Shown in pieces: positions 49,941 through 59,552 of a stretch of DNA of 64,000 nt. A model generated the notes under the pieces. It ran no database searches and was not told the DNA's origin. It saw only the letters and a program-made list of their open reading frames with translations. This DNA is from Methanotrichaceae archaeon. GTDB lineage: Archaea; Halobacteriota; Methanosarcinia; Methanotrichales; Methanotrichaceae. Position numbers and translations under genes: made by a program. The DNA is taken from contig CAWDLW010000017.1 of assembly GCA_963803145.1 (NCBI GenBank), positions 96,001-160,000 on the forward strand, given 5' to 3'. Position 1 is the stretch's first letter, and each line of letters begins with the position of its first letter.

Positions 49941-50920
49941 AGATGATAAAAGAGCCAACAAGCGGGAAGGAGATCACAAGAATTCCGCGGAGGGATGACA
50001 GAATGCCTATATCTCCAGGTTCCAGAGACAGAGGTCCCCTCCAGTTTGATTCAAGGACTGCGAAGCGTTCGGGCAAGGTGATGAACGCAGCAACACCTAC
50101 AGTCGTAACTGCGCCTCCAACTACTACTATCATAAGTGCCATAAAGACAATGACCTATTACGGCTTCAGCAGGCTGCCCATAACCGATGCTGGAACAAGG
50201 AGGCTCATAGGCTTCGTGACTAGCGTCGATGTAGTCGATTTCTTGGGCGGCGGCCTGAGACATAACCTTCTGAGTGAGAAGTATAAGGGCAACATTTTCA
50301 TCGCCATGAACGCAGGCATTGATGAGATCATGAGCACGAAGCTAAAGTATACTAGCGATAAATCCTCCTTGAACGATGCACTGAAGTTGATGTATGAGAA
50401 CAACGTTGGCGGACTTCCCATTGTAGATGATGAAAATAGGCTCAGGGCAATAATAACTGAGGAGGACTTCGTAGCTCTGACTGCTGGACTAGAGATCGGC
50501 ATGTCTGTCGAATCATACATGAGCCCTAACGTTATCACTGCACCGGCCCAGACGACTATAGAGAAAATGACAAGGATGATCATCCAGAAGGGATTTCGTC
50601 GCATGCCTGTAGTTCAAGATGGCGTTTTAATGGGCCTTGTTACTGCAACAGATATAATGAAGTACCTCGGAAGCGGCGAGGCTTTCAAAAAGGTGGTCAC
50701 CGGCGATATAGCAGAGGTTATGAACTATCCCATAAAGACGCTCATCAAGCGCAACCTCATCACGACTGAGAAGGAAAAAGACCTTGGTCAGGCGGCAGAT
50801 AAGATGGTAAAGAATGGAATAGGCGCCCTTCCAGTCATGGATAAGGGATCTCTCGCTGGAATTCTAACGGAAAGGGACTATGTGAGGGCACTTGCTGAGA
50901 ATAGGGGGATACTGGAATGA
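49937..50920 (+). CDS. CBS domain protein (4 CBS)
   Basis: RLPI, GGLPIV, RRMPVV, GILTERD. Confidence 0.9.
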   Translation: MKMIKEPTSGKEITRIPRRDDRMPISPGSRDRGPLQFDSRTAKRSGKVMNAATPTVVTAPPTTTIISAIKTMTYYGFSRLPITDAGTRRLIGFVTSVDVVDFLGGGLRHNLLSEKYKGNIFIAMNAGIDEIMSTKLKYTSDKSSLNDALKLMYENNVGGLPIVDDENRLRAIITEEDFVALTAGLEIGMSVESYMSPNVITAPAQTTIEKMTRMIIQKGFRRMPVVQDGVLMGLVTATDIMKYLGSGEAFKKVVTGDIAEVMNYPIKTLIKRNLITTEKEKDLGQAADKMVKNGIGALPVMDKGSLAGILTERDYVRALAENRGILE

Positions 50921-51774
50921 ATGGAAACGTCAAGGATTACATGAGTACCCCTGTCTACATAATAGAGAGGAATGAGAATATACAGAGGGCTAGGAACCTC
51001 ATGTTCAAATATGGCATAGGCAGGCTGCCTGTGATGGATAATGGCAAGCTTGTCGGAATCGTAACTAAATACGATATAACCAACCGGCTCGCCCAGGCAG
51101 CCCCCGAATGGCGTAGGCGCCCAATTGATAAAATTCCAATACAAGTGGTCATGACAGAGAATCCTGTGACAATCTACCAAGATGCAAGTATGTCTCAGGC
51201 GGCTGAACTCATGATGGAGAATGGAGTGAGCGGCCTGCCGGTCGAGAAGGATGGAGGGATCATAGGTGTAATTACCTCCAGGGACATGATCAGATACTTC
51301 GTTGCCCAAGATGTCAAGGCAAGAGTCGGGGATCTGATGTGCAAGGATCTAATCACCGTTCATAGGCATCATACAATAACCCATGTTCTGGATCAGATGA
51401 ATGTCCATGGGATAAATAGGGCTCTGGTCTATGAGGACAATATGACTCCCGTAGGAATCATAACGCGCTCGGGCCTAACGTTTTCCGAGATGATGGGGCC
51501 CAAGGATGATCTTGAGCTGAAGACGATAAAGATGACCAGGAAGGACAGCGCAGCAGGCAGGAAGCAATACCGGTATGTAAGACAGGTTCCGCTTGTAGCT
51601 GAGGATATAATGACCTCGCCAATAATAACTGTGAGTCCTGATATGAAGGCAGCTGATGCTGCTCGGATGCTTGATGAAAAGCATGTCATGGGCGTGCCAG
51701 TGCTTGAGGCGAACGATATCGCCGGATACTTCTCTGCAGACGAGATTGTTGCCGAGGTAGCGAGGTGGAAGTGA
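50917..51774 (+). CDS. CBS domain protein (4 CBS)
   Basis: VKDYMS, GRLPV, GIVTKYD, WRRRPID. Confidence 0.9.
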   Translation: MNGNVKDYMSTPVYIIERNENIQRARNLMFKYGIGRLPVMDNGKLVGIVTKYDITNRLAQAAPEWRRRPIDKIPIQVVMTENPVTIYQDASMSQAAELMMENGVSGLPVEKDGGIIGVITSRDMIRYFVAQDVKARVGDLMCKDLITVHRHHTITHVLDQMNVHGINRALVYEDNMTPVGIITRSGLTFSEMMGPKDDLELKTIKMTRKDSAAGRKQYRYVRQVPLVAEDIMTSPIITVSPDMKAADAARMLDEKHVMGVPVLEANDIAGYFSADEIVAEVARWK

Positions 51775-52553
51775 TGCAAGTAAAAGAGATAATGACCGAG
51801 CCTGTAACTATAGATAAATCTGAAAAGATAGGACATGCCCTGGATATGATGGAGAAGCATGACTTAAGGAGATTGCTTGTCACAAACAAGAATAAGCTCG
51901 GAGGCATCATCACCACCAGGCAGATTGCCCGCATATTAGGTACAAGAAAACGCCTGGGAATGCCAGCATCGTCTCTCCACGTGGCTGCTGCAACTCTAGA
52001 GGCAGTCATTAAAGTCCTCCCGGATATGAGCGTTGAAGATGCTATCACTTTACTGCCCAAGACCTCAGTTCTTGTTGCAATGGATGGAGAGGAGATCCTC
52101 GGATGGGTCAGGCCACGGGAGATATTAAATGCCATAAAGCTCGATGGCAGGGCCAGCGATGCAATGAGGATACCTCTGACAGTGAGCCCAGATGATAGAT
52201 TGGTCCATGCCAGAAGGATGATGCTGGATCGAGACGTAGGGAGGCTGCCAGTCGTAGATTGTGCCCGCCTTGCCGGGATAATTACAGAAAGGGATGTTGC
52301 CAAGGCCCTTCGTGCATTCAGGGACCTGAATGAGACCAGCAGCAAACAGTACGCCAGGATATATAACCTCTTAGTCTCTGATGTGATGACCCGAGATGTA
52401 AAGTCTGTACGGATGGATACATCACTTGAGGATGTTAAAAATATAATATTGACTGAGAATAGGGGAGGACTACCGGTACTAAATGAGAAGGACGAGCTTG
52501 TGGGAATGATCACCAGGAGGTCCATCATCGATTATCTGGCGAGGACCAGATGA
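51765..52553 (+). CDS. CBS domain protein (4 CBS)
   Basis: VKEIMT, GRLPVV, GIITERD, GGLPV. Confidence 0.9.
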   Translation: MEVMQVKEIMTEPVTIDKSEKIGHALDMMEKHDLRRLLVTNKNKLGGIITTRQIARILGTRKRLGMPASSLHVAAATLEAVIKVLPDMSVEDAITLLPKTSVLVAMDGEEILGWVRPREILNAIKLDGRASDAMRIPLTVSPDDRLVHARRMMLDRDVGRLPVVDCARLAGIITERDVAKALRAFRDLNETSSKQYARIYNLLVSDVMTRDVKSVRMDTSLEDVKNIILTENRGGLPVLNEKDELVGMITRRSIIDYLARTR

Positions 52554-53671
52554 ACTTACAGCGAGTTGCAGAAAAGCTTGGCATAACTCCGGAAAGGTTT
52601 GAAGACCTTCAGCAAACGATTGTAATGAGATCGAGTTGGCCTGAGCCTCGATTACTGAGGTTTGAGAAGGCGGCCTCGGGGATCGAGACAGGCACAGCTA
52701 TTTTTGATAACGGCGAAATTGTTTTCGGCTATCCTAAAATCAGAAGGGCGATGATGCTCGAAGCAGCAATCAAAAAGCATTTTCCCGAACGAGTGGCCGT
52801 AGAGGAGAAGATGAATGGCTACAATATCCGAGTTGCGAGCATTGATGGAGAGGTTGTAGCTCTGACGCGCGGTGGATTCATCTGTCCCTACTCAACTGAG
52901 GTTGCACACAGGCTGATACCTGCACAGATCTTCGAGGATCATCCAGAAATCGTCCTTTGCGGCGAGATGATTGGTCCGGAGAATCCATATGTTCCCAAGG
53001 ATATCTATCCGACGGATACCATAGATTTCTACCTATTTGACCTTTCAACGAAGAACTCAAAAGGGACTTTGGGAGTTTATAAAACACATGAGTTCGCAGA
53101 GGAATATAATATTAGTTCGGCCCCATTTTTTGGCGAATTCAAGGCAAGTAGAGCATATGAGCCAATAAAAAGAATCGTTAAACAGCTTGGGCGAAAGGGG
53201 CACGAGGGCGTTGTAATGAAGGATCCCGACAATAAAATTGCTCCTCTGAAGTATACATGTTCAGAGAGTAATTGCAGTGATCTTGCTACAGCCTTTAGGT
53301 ATTACAATGATTATGCGCTTGACTTCTTCGTATCAAGAGCGGTTAGAGAGGGTTTTCAGACAGTTGAGTGGAATGAATCTGTTGAGGAGCGGAAGGCCAG
53401 GGCTCAACGCATTGGAGAGAGCATACTTCTGCCGCTCGCAGATACAGTTAGGAAGAAGTTGAATGGTGAGCAGATAGTGCAACAGGTCCAAATAAGGGTA
53501 AAAAACCTCCAGACGGCACGTGATTTTGAGTATCACCTGCGCAGAAGCGGGACGCATGCTATATTTGAGCCCCCAGAGCCTGATGAAGATGGCTATATTG
53601 TGAGAATATCTAAGCTGACCATGAGCACAAACGATAAGACCCAGGCGCTCATAAACGGTGAGGCGTGGTGA
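52550..53671 (+). CDS. rnl: ATP-dependent RNA ligase, Pab1020/Rnl3 family
   Basis: GYPKIRR, EEKMNGYNIR motif I, TRGGFICP, CGEM, EGVVMK. Confidence 0.9.
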   Translation: MNLQRVAEKLGITPERFEDLQQTIVMRSSWPEPRLLRFEKAASGIETGTAIFDNGEIVFGYPKIRRAMMLEAAIKKHFPERVAVEEKMNGYNIRVASIDGEVVALTRGGFICPYSTEVAHRLIPAQIFEDHPEIVLCGEMIGPENPYVPKDIYPTDTIDFYLFDLSTKNSKGTLGVYKTHEFAEEYNISSAPFFGEFKASRAYEPIKRIVKQLGRKGHEGVVMKDPDNKIAPLKYTCSESNCSDLATAFRYYNDYALDFFVSRAVREGFQTVEWNESVEERKARAQRIGESILLPLADTVRKKLNGEQIVQQVQIRVKNLQTARDFEYHLRRSGTHAIFEPPEPDEDGYIVRISKLTMSTNDKTQALINGEAW

Positions 53672-53687
53672 AAAGCGGGATAGAGAT

Positions 53688-54941
53688 ATGAGCGAGATAG
53701 CAGATGTTGAGATGGACGGCCATCTAATAGATTCGTTAATTCTGACCAGAGTTCTTGATAAAATCATGGATATGGGTGGCGAATTCGAGATCAAAAGATT
53801 CAATATCGGCCAGCGAAAGGACGATACAAGCTATGTCCATATAACAGTTACAGGTGACGATGCTTCCCATTTGGATAGAATTCTCCTTGAGCTTCATTCT
53901 CTTGGAGCTAGGCTTGTCGAGATGGAAGATGTGAAGACGGGCATCGCCCCTAACGATATTGTAGTTCCAAGAGGTTTCTACTCGACAACTAACCATCCCA
54001 CTTACGTGCGCTACAATGGTGCGTGGGTAGAGGTAGAAAACATCCATATGGACTCTCTCATAGTCCTGAAGGATGGCCGTGCAATATGCACTCCTATTGG
54101 TCATATCAAGAAAGGAGATAGGGTTGTGATAGGCACCTCGGGTGTGAAGATCATTCCGCCTGAGAGGCCCAGGGAGAAAACCTTCTTTGGGTTCATGTCG
54201 AATGAGGTTTCTTCAGAACGGCCGAGCGGTGAACTCGTAAGGCAACTCGCATCTGAGATTATCAAGACAAAGATGGCCGGAGGCAAGATAGCTGTGGTTA
54301 GCGGGCCTGCGGTTGTTCATACTGGAGCTGCACCATCGCTTGCGGAGCTCATTAGGAATGGATATGTAGATGTTCTTCTCGCAGGAAATGCGGTTGCTGT
54401 GCATGATATTGAGCGCCAGCTGTTCGGGACGAGCCTAGGAATGGATTGTTCAGGAAATGCGAGATCTGGCGGACATCGCAATCATCTGTATGCCATAAGC
54501 GAGATAATGGCCAGCGGGTCTATCAAGAATGCCATAGATGAGGGCAAGCTTAAGGGTGGAATAATTTATGAGTGTATAAAAAAAGGGATTACATTCATAC
54601 TTGCAGGTTCCATTCGCGATGACGGTCCACTTCCTGAAGTTATCACAGATACAGTTAAGGCCAAAGATGCGATGGAGAAGGCGCTTGCCGGTGTAGATAT
54701 GGTGATCATGATGGGGACAATGCTGCACTCCATTGCTGTAGGAAACCTTCTGCCATCATATGTCAAAACGATATGCGTCGATATCAACCCTGCTACAGTA
54801 ACAAAACTGATGGATCGCGGATCTGCACAGGCAATCGGCCTTGTGACTGATATAGGCATATTTCTGCCTCAGCTTGCACAGGAAGTCGATAAGCTTACAT
54901 CAGGAGCTGAGCTTATAAGCTGTGTCGATCGCAATGCTTAA
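53688..54941 (+). CDS. TIGR00300-family protein (LOR/SDH-related, ornithine cyclodeaminase-like)
   Basis: GHLIDS, FYSTTNHPT, FMSNEVSSE, GPAVVHTG, GNAVAVHDIE, LAGSIRDDGPLP. Confidence 0.85.
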   Translation: MSEIADVEMDGHLIDSLILTRVLDKIMDMGGEFEIKRFNIGQRKDDTSYVHITVTGDDASHLDRILLELHSLGARLVEMEDVKTGIAPNDIVVPRGFYSTTNHPTYVRYNGAWVEVENIHMDSLIVLKDGRAICTPIGHIKKGDRVVIGTSGVKIIPPERPREKTFFGFMSNEVSSERPSGELVRQLASEIIKTKMAGGKIAVVSGPAVVHTGAAPSLAELIRNGYVDVLLAGNAVAVHDIERQLFGTSLGMDCSGNARSGGHRNHLYAISEIMASGSIKNAIDEGKLKGGIIYECIKKGITFILAGSIRDDGPLPEVITDTVKAKDAMEKALAGVDMVIMMGTMLHSIAVGNLLPSYVKTICVDINPATVTKLMDRGSAQAIGLVTDIGIFLPQLAQEVDKLTSGAELISCVDRNA

Positions 54942-54968
54942 ATCAAGGGCAAAAAGAGCAATAATTAG

Positions 54969-55056
54969 GCCGCCGTGGCTTAGCCCGGTTAAAGCGGCTG
55001 ATTCGTAAGATATCCGAAAGATCAGCAGTCCATGGGTTCGAATCCCATCGGCGGCT
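54969..55056 (+). tRNA. tRNA-Thr(CGT) with 13-nt intron at 37/38 (55008-55020)
   Basis: Acceptor GCCGCCG/CGGCGGC, GCTGA/TCAGC anticodon stem, GTTCGAATCC T-loop, BHB with TTCG/CGAA helix and TAA/AGA bulges. Confidence 0.93.
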
Positions 55057-55255
55057 TTAAACTTTCTGCGATAAAACCATGGAAATTATACAGCCTTATT
55101 ATATGTGCAATCAACCATTTAAGTCAATTTTCGCATACTACTAATACTATCATTATTTATCCTGCAACAAATATTCGACGCGTAGATAACAAAATTATGA
55201 AAATATATTAGAAACCAAAAGTTGCCAGGACGAAATATTGAGATGTCTGGGGGCA

Positions 55256-55303
55256 TTTATAAAGTTTAAATACCCAGGCTTTATATACCCCCAGTATATA
55301 AAG
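55256..55303 (+). promoter_or_regulatory. tbp promoter with clustered TATA boxes and a perfect inverted repeat
   Basis: TTTATAAA 55256, TTTAAATA 55265, CTTTATATAC-N5-GTATATAAAG 55279-55303. Confidence 0.6.
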
Positions 55304-55325
55304 AATAGATTGGAGATATTTGCGT

Positions 55326-55877
55326 ATGGAGTCCACAATAAATATAGAGAACGTTGTCGCATCTACGAAGTTGGCGGACTCGTTCGATCTGCACAAGATT
55401 GAGGCCGAGCTCGAGGGTGCAGAGTACAACAAGGAGAAGTTCCCAGGCCTCGTTTACAGGGTTAAGTCTCCCAGGGCTGCTTTTCTAATATTCACCTCAG
55501 GAAAGGTTGTATGCACAGGTGCAAAGAATGTCGAGGATGTTAGAACGGTTATAACAAATATGGCTAGCACACTCAAATCCATCGGCTTTGAGAACATTAA
55601 TTTAGAGCCTGAGATTCATGTCCAAAACATAGTGGCAAGTGCAGATTTGAAGACCGATCTAAATCTGAATGCAATAGCTTTAGGACTTGGCCTAGAGAAC
55701 ATCGAATATGAGCCTGAGCAGTTCCCCGGCTTAGTTTACAGGATTAAGCAGCCCAAAGTGGTTGTATTGATATTCAGCTCAGGCAAGTTGGTCGTCACCG
55801 GCGGAAAATCGCCTGAGGAATGTGAAGAGGGAGTCAGGATCGTCAGGCAGCAGCTTGAAAATATGGGGCTGCTTTGA
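55326..55877 (+). CDS. tbp: TATA-box-binding protein
   Basis: Two repeats IENVVAS...FPGLVYR...LIF.SGK.V.TG. Confidence 0.97.
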   Translation: MESTINIENVVASTKLADSFDLHKIEAELEGAEYNKEKFPGLVYRVKSPRAAFLIFTSGKVVCTGAKNVEDVRTVITNMASTLKSIGFENINLEPEIHVQNIVASADLKTDLNLNAIALGLGLENIEYEPEQFPGLVYRIKQPKVVVLIFSSGKLVVTGGKSPEECEEGVRIVRQQLENMGLL

Positions 55878-56123
55878 CTTTCTGACTTTATCTCTCTTTT
55901 ATTTTTCCAAAATCTCACGGCATACACGTATGCCCTTAGCCGAAAGCTGATATGTCATCTTTTATATATGTTTAACTGTTTGTGGTCAAGCCGAAGACCT
56001 GGCAGGAATATTTCACTTCAGAGGAACTTGAGGAAATGCGCCGCCCTGAGTTTATGGATTAGGTTGAGGCCATTGTGAAGAACGGGCGCTAATTAGCTCT
56101 ACACTATTACTACTACTACTCCC

Positions 56124-57485
56124 TCAAGCGCAAGTATACTCTCCCGCCAGCCGATCTGCGATCTCCTCAAGAGGCAGGCTCACCTGCATGCCCGTCTCCA
56201 TATTTCTGAGGATGAGTTTTCCTGATTTCAGCTCATTCTCTCCTACGATTATCACATGTTTTGCCCCGTACCCGCCTGCTGCCTTAAGCTGTGCGCCGAG
56301 GCTTCTGCCCATGACATCCAGCACAACCGGCATCTGATCGCGAAGCCTTTTTGCGAGTCTGACGGCTTCCAACTTGACATCCGGCGTATACGCAAGGACT
56401 ACAGGAGAACGTCTGAGCTCATCGATCTGCACTATCTCCATTATTCTATCGAATCCGAGCCCAAAGCCAGTGGATGATGTCTCAGCTCCTCCGAAGAGAC
56501 CTGCCAGCTCATATGTTCCGCCGCCGCAGATCTGGCTCTGTGCGCCCAGGCCCTCGGCATAGATCTCGAAAACTGTTCCTGAGTAATATTCAAGGCCGCG
56601 AACAATCTCGAAGTCTATGACAGCATCGACGCCATACGAATCCAGAAGCTCAATTGTCCTCTGAAAGTCTTCAAGTCCACTCTCAGCCTTCACGTTCCTT
56701 CCAGTTCGGGCCGATGTCCTGCCCTTGCCCTCAGCAGAAGCCTGTGCGGAAGGTTGTATCGGTTTGTCACTGGAACTAGAAGCAGATTTATCCTCAATAT
56801 CCGTAATAGCCTGAGAGATTTCTACTGCCTTTTCTAGGGCATCCCTTCCCTTGAGGTCAATTAGATCCAGTAGACCGATATCCTCTGCTCCAATCTTTTG
56901 CAGATATGCTTCGAGGTTCTCGCGTTCTTTCTTATCGATCATCCTCATAATCTCGGGTCGGCGCTCTGGCTCTATCTTTCCGAGTATCGATCTTATCAGC
57001 CCAAGATAGCCAACGTGGATGTCCCCACGAATATTTACACTCTTCAGCATTTGATCTGCGAGCGCAATCACCTCTGCCTCAGAATCGGACTTGTTTCCGC
57101 CTATGAGTTCGGCTCCGAACTGCCAAAACTCCCTGAAACGTCCGCGTTGAGGTCGCTCATAACGAAAACAGCTTCCGTAGTAATAGAGCCTCAGAGGCTT
57201 TGCGACATTCTGAAGCTCATTCACATACATGCGCATAACAGGTGCCGTAAGCTCTGGCCTGAGAGCCAGGTCGCGGCCGCTCTTATCCTTAAAGCTGTAG
57301 ATCTCATCGAGCACAGATTCGCCTGATTTTATTGTAAAAAGCTCGAGATGCTCGAACGTAGGCGTGGCTATCTCCTGGTATCCCCAGCTCTCAAGCACCT
57401 TCTGCATCGCCTTCCTGACTGTGCTTCTTCGCCAGGCATCATCAGGAAGAAAATCCCTGGTACCCCTAGGTCTCTGGATGGTCAT
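56124..57485 (-). CDS. hisS: Histidyl-tRNA synthetase
   Basis: PRGTRDFLP, LRPELT, FRYERPQRGRFREFWQ, VRGLEYYSG, GGG-x-Y. Confidence 0.96.
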   Translation of the reverse strand: MTIQRPRGTRDFLPDDAWRRSTVRKAMQKVLESWGYQEIATPTFEHLELFTIKSGESVLDEIYSFKDKSGRDLALRPELTAPVMRMYVNELQNVAKPLRLYYYGSCFRYERPQRGRFREFWQFGAELIGGNKSDSEAEVIALADQMLKSVNIRGDIHVGYLGLIRSILGKIEPERRPEIMRMIDKKERENLEAYLQKIGAEDIGLLDLIDLKGRDALEKAVEISQAITDIEDKSASSSSDKPIQPSAQASAEGKGRTSARTGRNVKAESGLEDFQRTIELLDSYGVDAVIDFEIVRGLEYYSGTVFEIYAEGLGAQSQICGGGTYELAGLFGGAETSSTGFGLGFDRIMEIVQIDELRRSPVVLAYTPDVKLEAVRLAKRLRDQMPVVLDVMGRSLGAQLKAAGGYGAKHVIIVGENELKSGKLILRNMETGMQVSLPLEEIADRLAGEYTCA

Positions 57486-57542
57486 ATCACCTTAAGATTA
57501 TCTCAAAATGCCCTTATAGTTTATGCATGTAACTGTGGAGAA

Positions 57543-57782
57543 ATGAGACGCGACTTAGGCGTGCTTCTAATTGCTACAGGATTTCTGCTTGTAATCATAT
57601 CCCTTGTCCAAAATATAATGCAGAGCAGTTCGGGACAGGGCAATACAGGATTTGGCGGCGTCATACTGATAGGTCCGATTCCAATAGTCTTCGGCTCAAG
57701 CCCAGCCATGGCCATAGCTTCAATGCTTCTAGCCATAGCTTTGATGATAATCTCCTTCTTCCTGTTTAGGAGGAGTGCATGA
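57543..57782 (+). CDS. DUF131/TIGR00304-like small membrane protein
   Basis: GGVILIGPIPIVFGS signature between two TM helices. Confidence 0.8.
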   Translation: MRRDLGVLLIATGFLLVIISLVQNIMQSSSGQGNTGFGGVILIGPIPIVFGSSPAMAIASMLLAIALMIISFFLFRRSA

Positions 57783-57913
57783 CCATTATGGCCATCGGAC
57801 TTATGCTGATTACCATAGGGCTGATTGTACTTCTATGGCCAGATGGCAAGGAGAATCAAACAAATCAAGAACTCACAATTATGATTGTATGGGTTATTGC
57901 CTTCAAAATATGA
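57779..57913 (+). CDS. Small 44-aa membrane ORF overlapping DUF131 stop (possible degenerate second copy)
   Basis: ATGA overlap with RBS AGGAG; MTIMAIGLMLITIGLIVLLW... Confidence 0.35.
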   Translation: MTIMAIGLMLITIGLIVLLWPDGKENQTNQELTIMIVWVIAFKI

Positions 57914-57989
57914 GAGGACATAGCGAAAAATACTAAGAACTGAAGAAAACAGAAACGCTGGCCAGCAGAACTCTTATGCCAGCCATATC

Positions 57990-58700
57990 TTATTTAAGCT
58001 TCTCGTCGACCTCTGATGGATATATGATCATTTGCACAGGCTTTATGATTATGTTGGAGGTTGCAACTGCGCTTCCGCCTGCAACTGTATTTATTGCGCT
58101 CACTGTTACTCCGCTGACATCTATGTTCATATAGTTTTCAGCGCGTTTATTCCCTGGAACTCCATCAGCGCTTGCTCCATAGGCTTTATTCATGCCGGAA
58201 TCAACAGCATCATCTATATGTTTTTCAAGGCTGTCATTATTAAGATCATAGCTATGCAATTCCTTTTTGCCCTGTCCTCCGTAAACATGTGCATCCATTG
58301 AGTTGACCAAGCTCGGTGAGCTTTGATCCTTTCTTTGGTAATCGTCATAAGTTACATCTCTCTGCTTCACAGAGTTCATCGCCAACAGATCATCCAGCTG
58401 TGCATTTGAGTTGGTGCAGTTCACACAGATTGTTTCCTTCGTGGGCTTGGCGTGCGGCATGACATTCGAGGCATCGAAGGATGCAGGCTGTTGCGGAGCC
58501 CATGGGAAGTAGAATGCATCCCTGGAAAGCGCTAGATCTCCGGATGGAATGTCTTGCTTGTGGTTTAGGAAGTCTGAGTGGAACTCCTTGACCTTGAATA
58601 GGGGATCTGCGGTATTCCCTGCTGTAGATAATCCGATCAAAAGGCAAACAAAAATGGCTCCCACCAGCATTATGCTGATGGGTCCAAATATCTTCTTCAT
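57990..58700 (-). CDS. Secreted hypothetical protein B' (paralog of 59553-60278)
   Basis: Signal peptide; KVKEFH, FPWA, NYMNIDVSGVTVSAINTVAGGSAVATSNIII. Confidence 0.8.
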   Translation of the reverse strand: MKKIFGPISIMLVGAIFVCLLIGLSTAGNTADPLFKVKEFHSDFLNHKQDIPSGDLALSRDAFYFPWAPQQPASFDASNVMPHAKPTKETICVNCTNSNAQLDDLLAMNSVKQRDVTYDDYQRKDQSSPSLVNSMDAHVYGGQGKKELHSYDLNNDSLEKHIDDAVDSGMNKAYGASADGVPGNKRAENYMNIDVSGVTVSAINTVAGGSAVATSNIIIKPVQMIIYPSEVDEKLK

Positions 58701-58734
58701 ACAATACCGCCCAGGGCCGAAACGAACCCTGAAT

Positions 58735-59247
58735 TTACTGCTGATTGGTTACGATCTCTTGGTTGTTTTGAGCCAAAACTGATACTGTGTTTTGGTTGAA
58801 CGGACCGGCTTGGAAGCCTCCAACACCGATAGCCAGGGCACTCCTGTCTCCGACCTTGATCTGCTCTATATTGTACCTTGTACAGCAATCCTGGCAGGGG
58901 CAGTTTTCACTGATTGCCTGGCAGCACTGGCATTCGCCAGAGTCCTGGTTCTTCTTGATCTTCAGATTGTTCTGTGCGGTAACCTGTTTTGTGTTGTCGG
59001 CAAAAGCTCCAAACTGGGCACCGCCGACACCGATTGCTCGGGCATTATCGTTTCCAACATCGACTGTATCGAAGTTGGTATGTGAATTGCCTGGGACGTG
59101 GAATGCGCTGCCCTCGGTCTCAAATATTCCCGTTCCAAGGATATCTACACCGCCAGTTCCGGCGGAAGCCATGCTCTGTGCCATAGCAGGAGCCGCAAAG
59201 GCGGCCACAGCCATAGCCAGTACAAAGAATATTGCTACTCTTCTAAT
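58735..59247 (-). CDS. Secreted two-repeat Asn/Gln/Gly-rich protein A' with Cys-rich insert; probable ATT start
   Basis: Two imperfect repeats; a full signal peptide is obtained only from ATT at 59247 behind GGGGTGA. Confidence 0.75.
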   Translation of the reverse strand: MRRVAIFFVLAMAVAAFAAPAMAQSMASAGTGGVDILGTGIFETEGSAFHVPGNSHTNFDTVDVGNDNARAIGVGGAQFGAFADNTKQVTAQNNLKIKKNQDSGECQCCQAISENCPCQDCCTRYNIEQIKVGDRSALAIGVGGFQAGPFNQNTVSVLAQNNQEIVTNQQ

Positions 59248-59552
59248 AGTCTCACCCCGTAAATCTCTTTGTTTATTCCAATAATAAATCTCTTTTATAT
59301 TTATACCTTTTGGTGATTTTTTAAGTGTTGAGGAAGATATTTGTAGATATTTTTCCTAGAAAATTTCTCACGAGATATGCTGCATAAATAATAGAACCAT
59401 TGTGCATGGATAGTGAAATCGGTGTAAGCGAATTGGGTATCATAACATATACATATAAGTTCAAACAGTCAAGATCGACGATGTAAAAGCAATGTTTGTA
59501 GCCAAAATAAGAAGAAGCTTCTGCAAATATAAGAAAATGTAATACTACTTCT

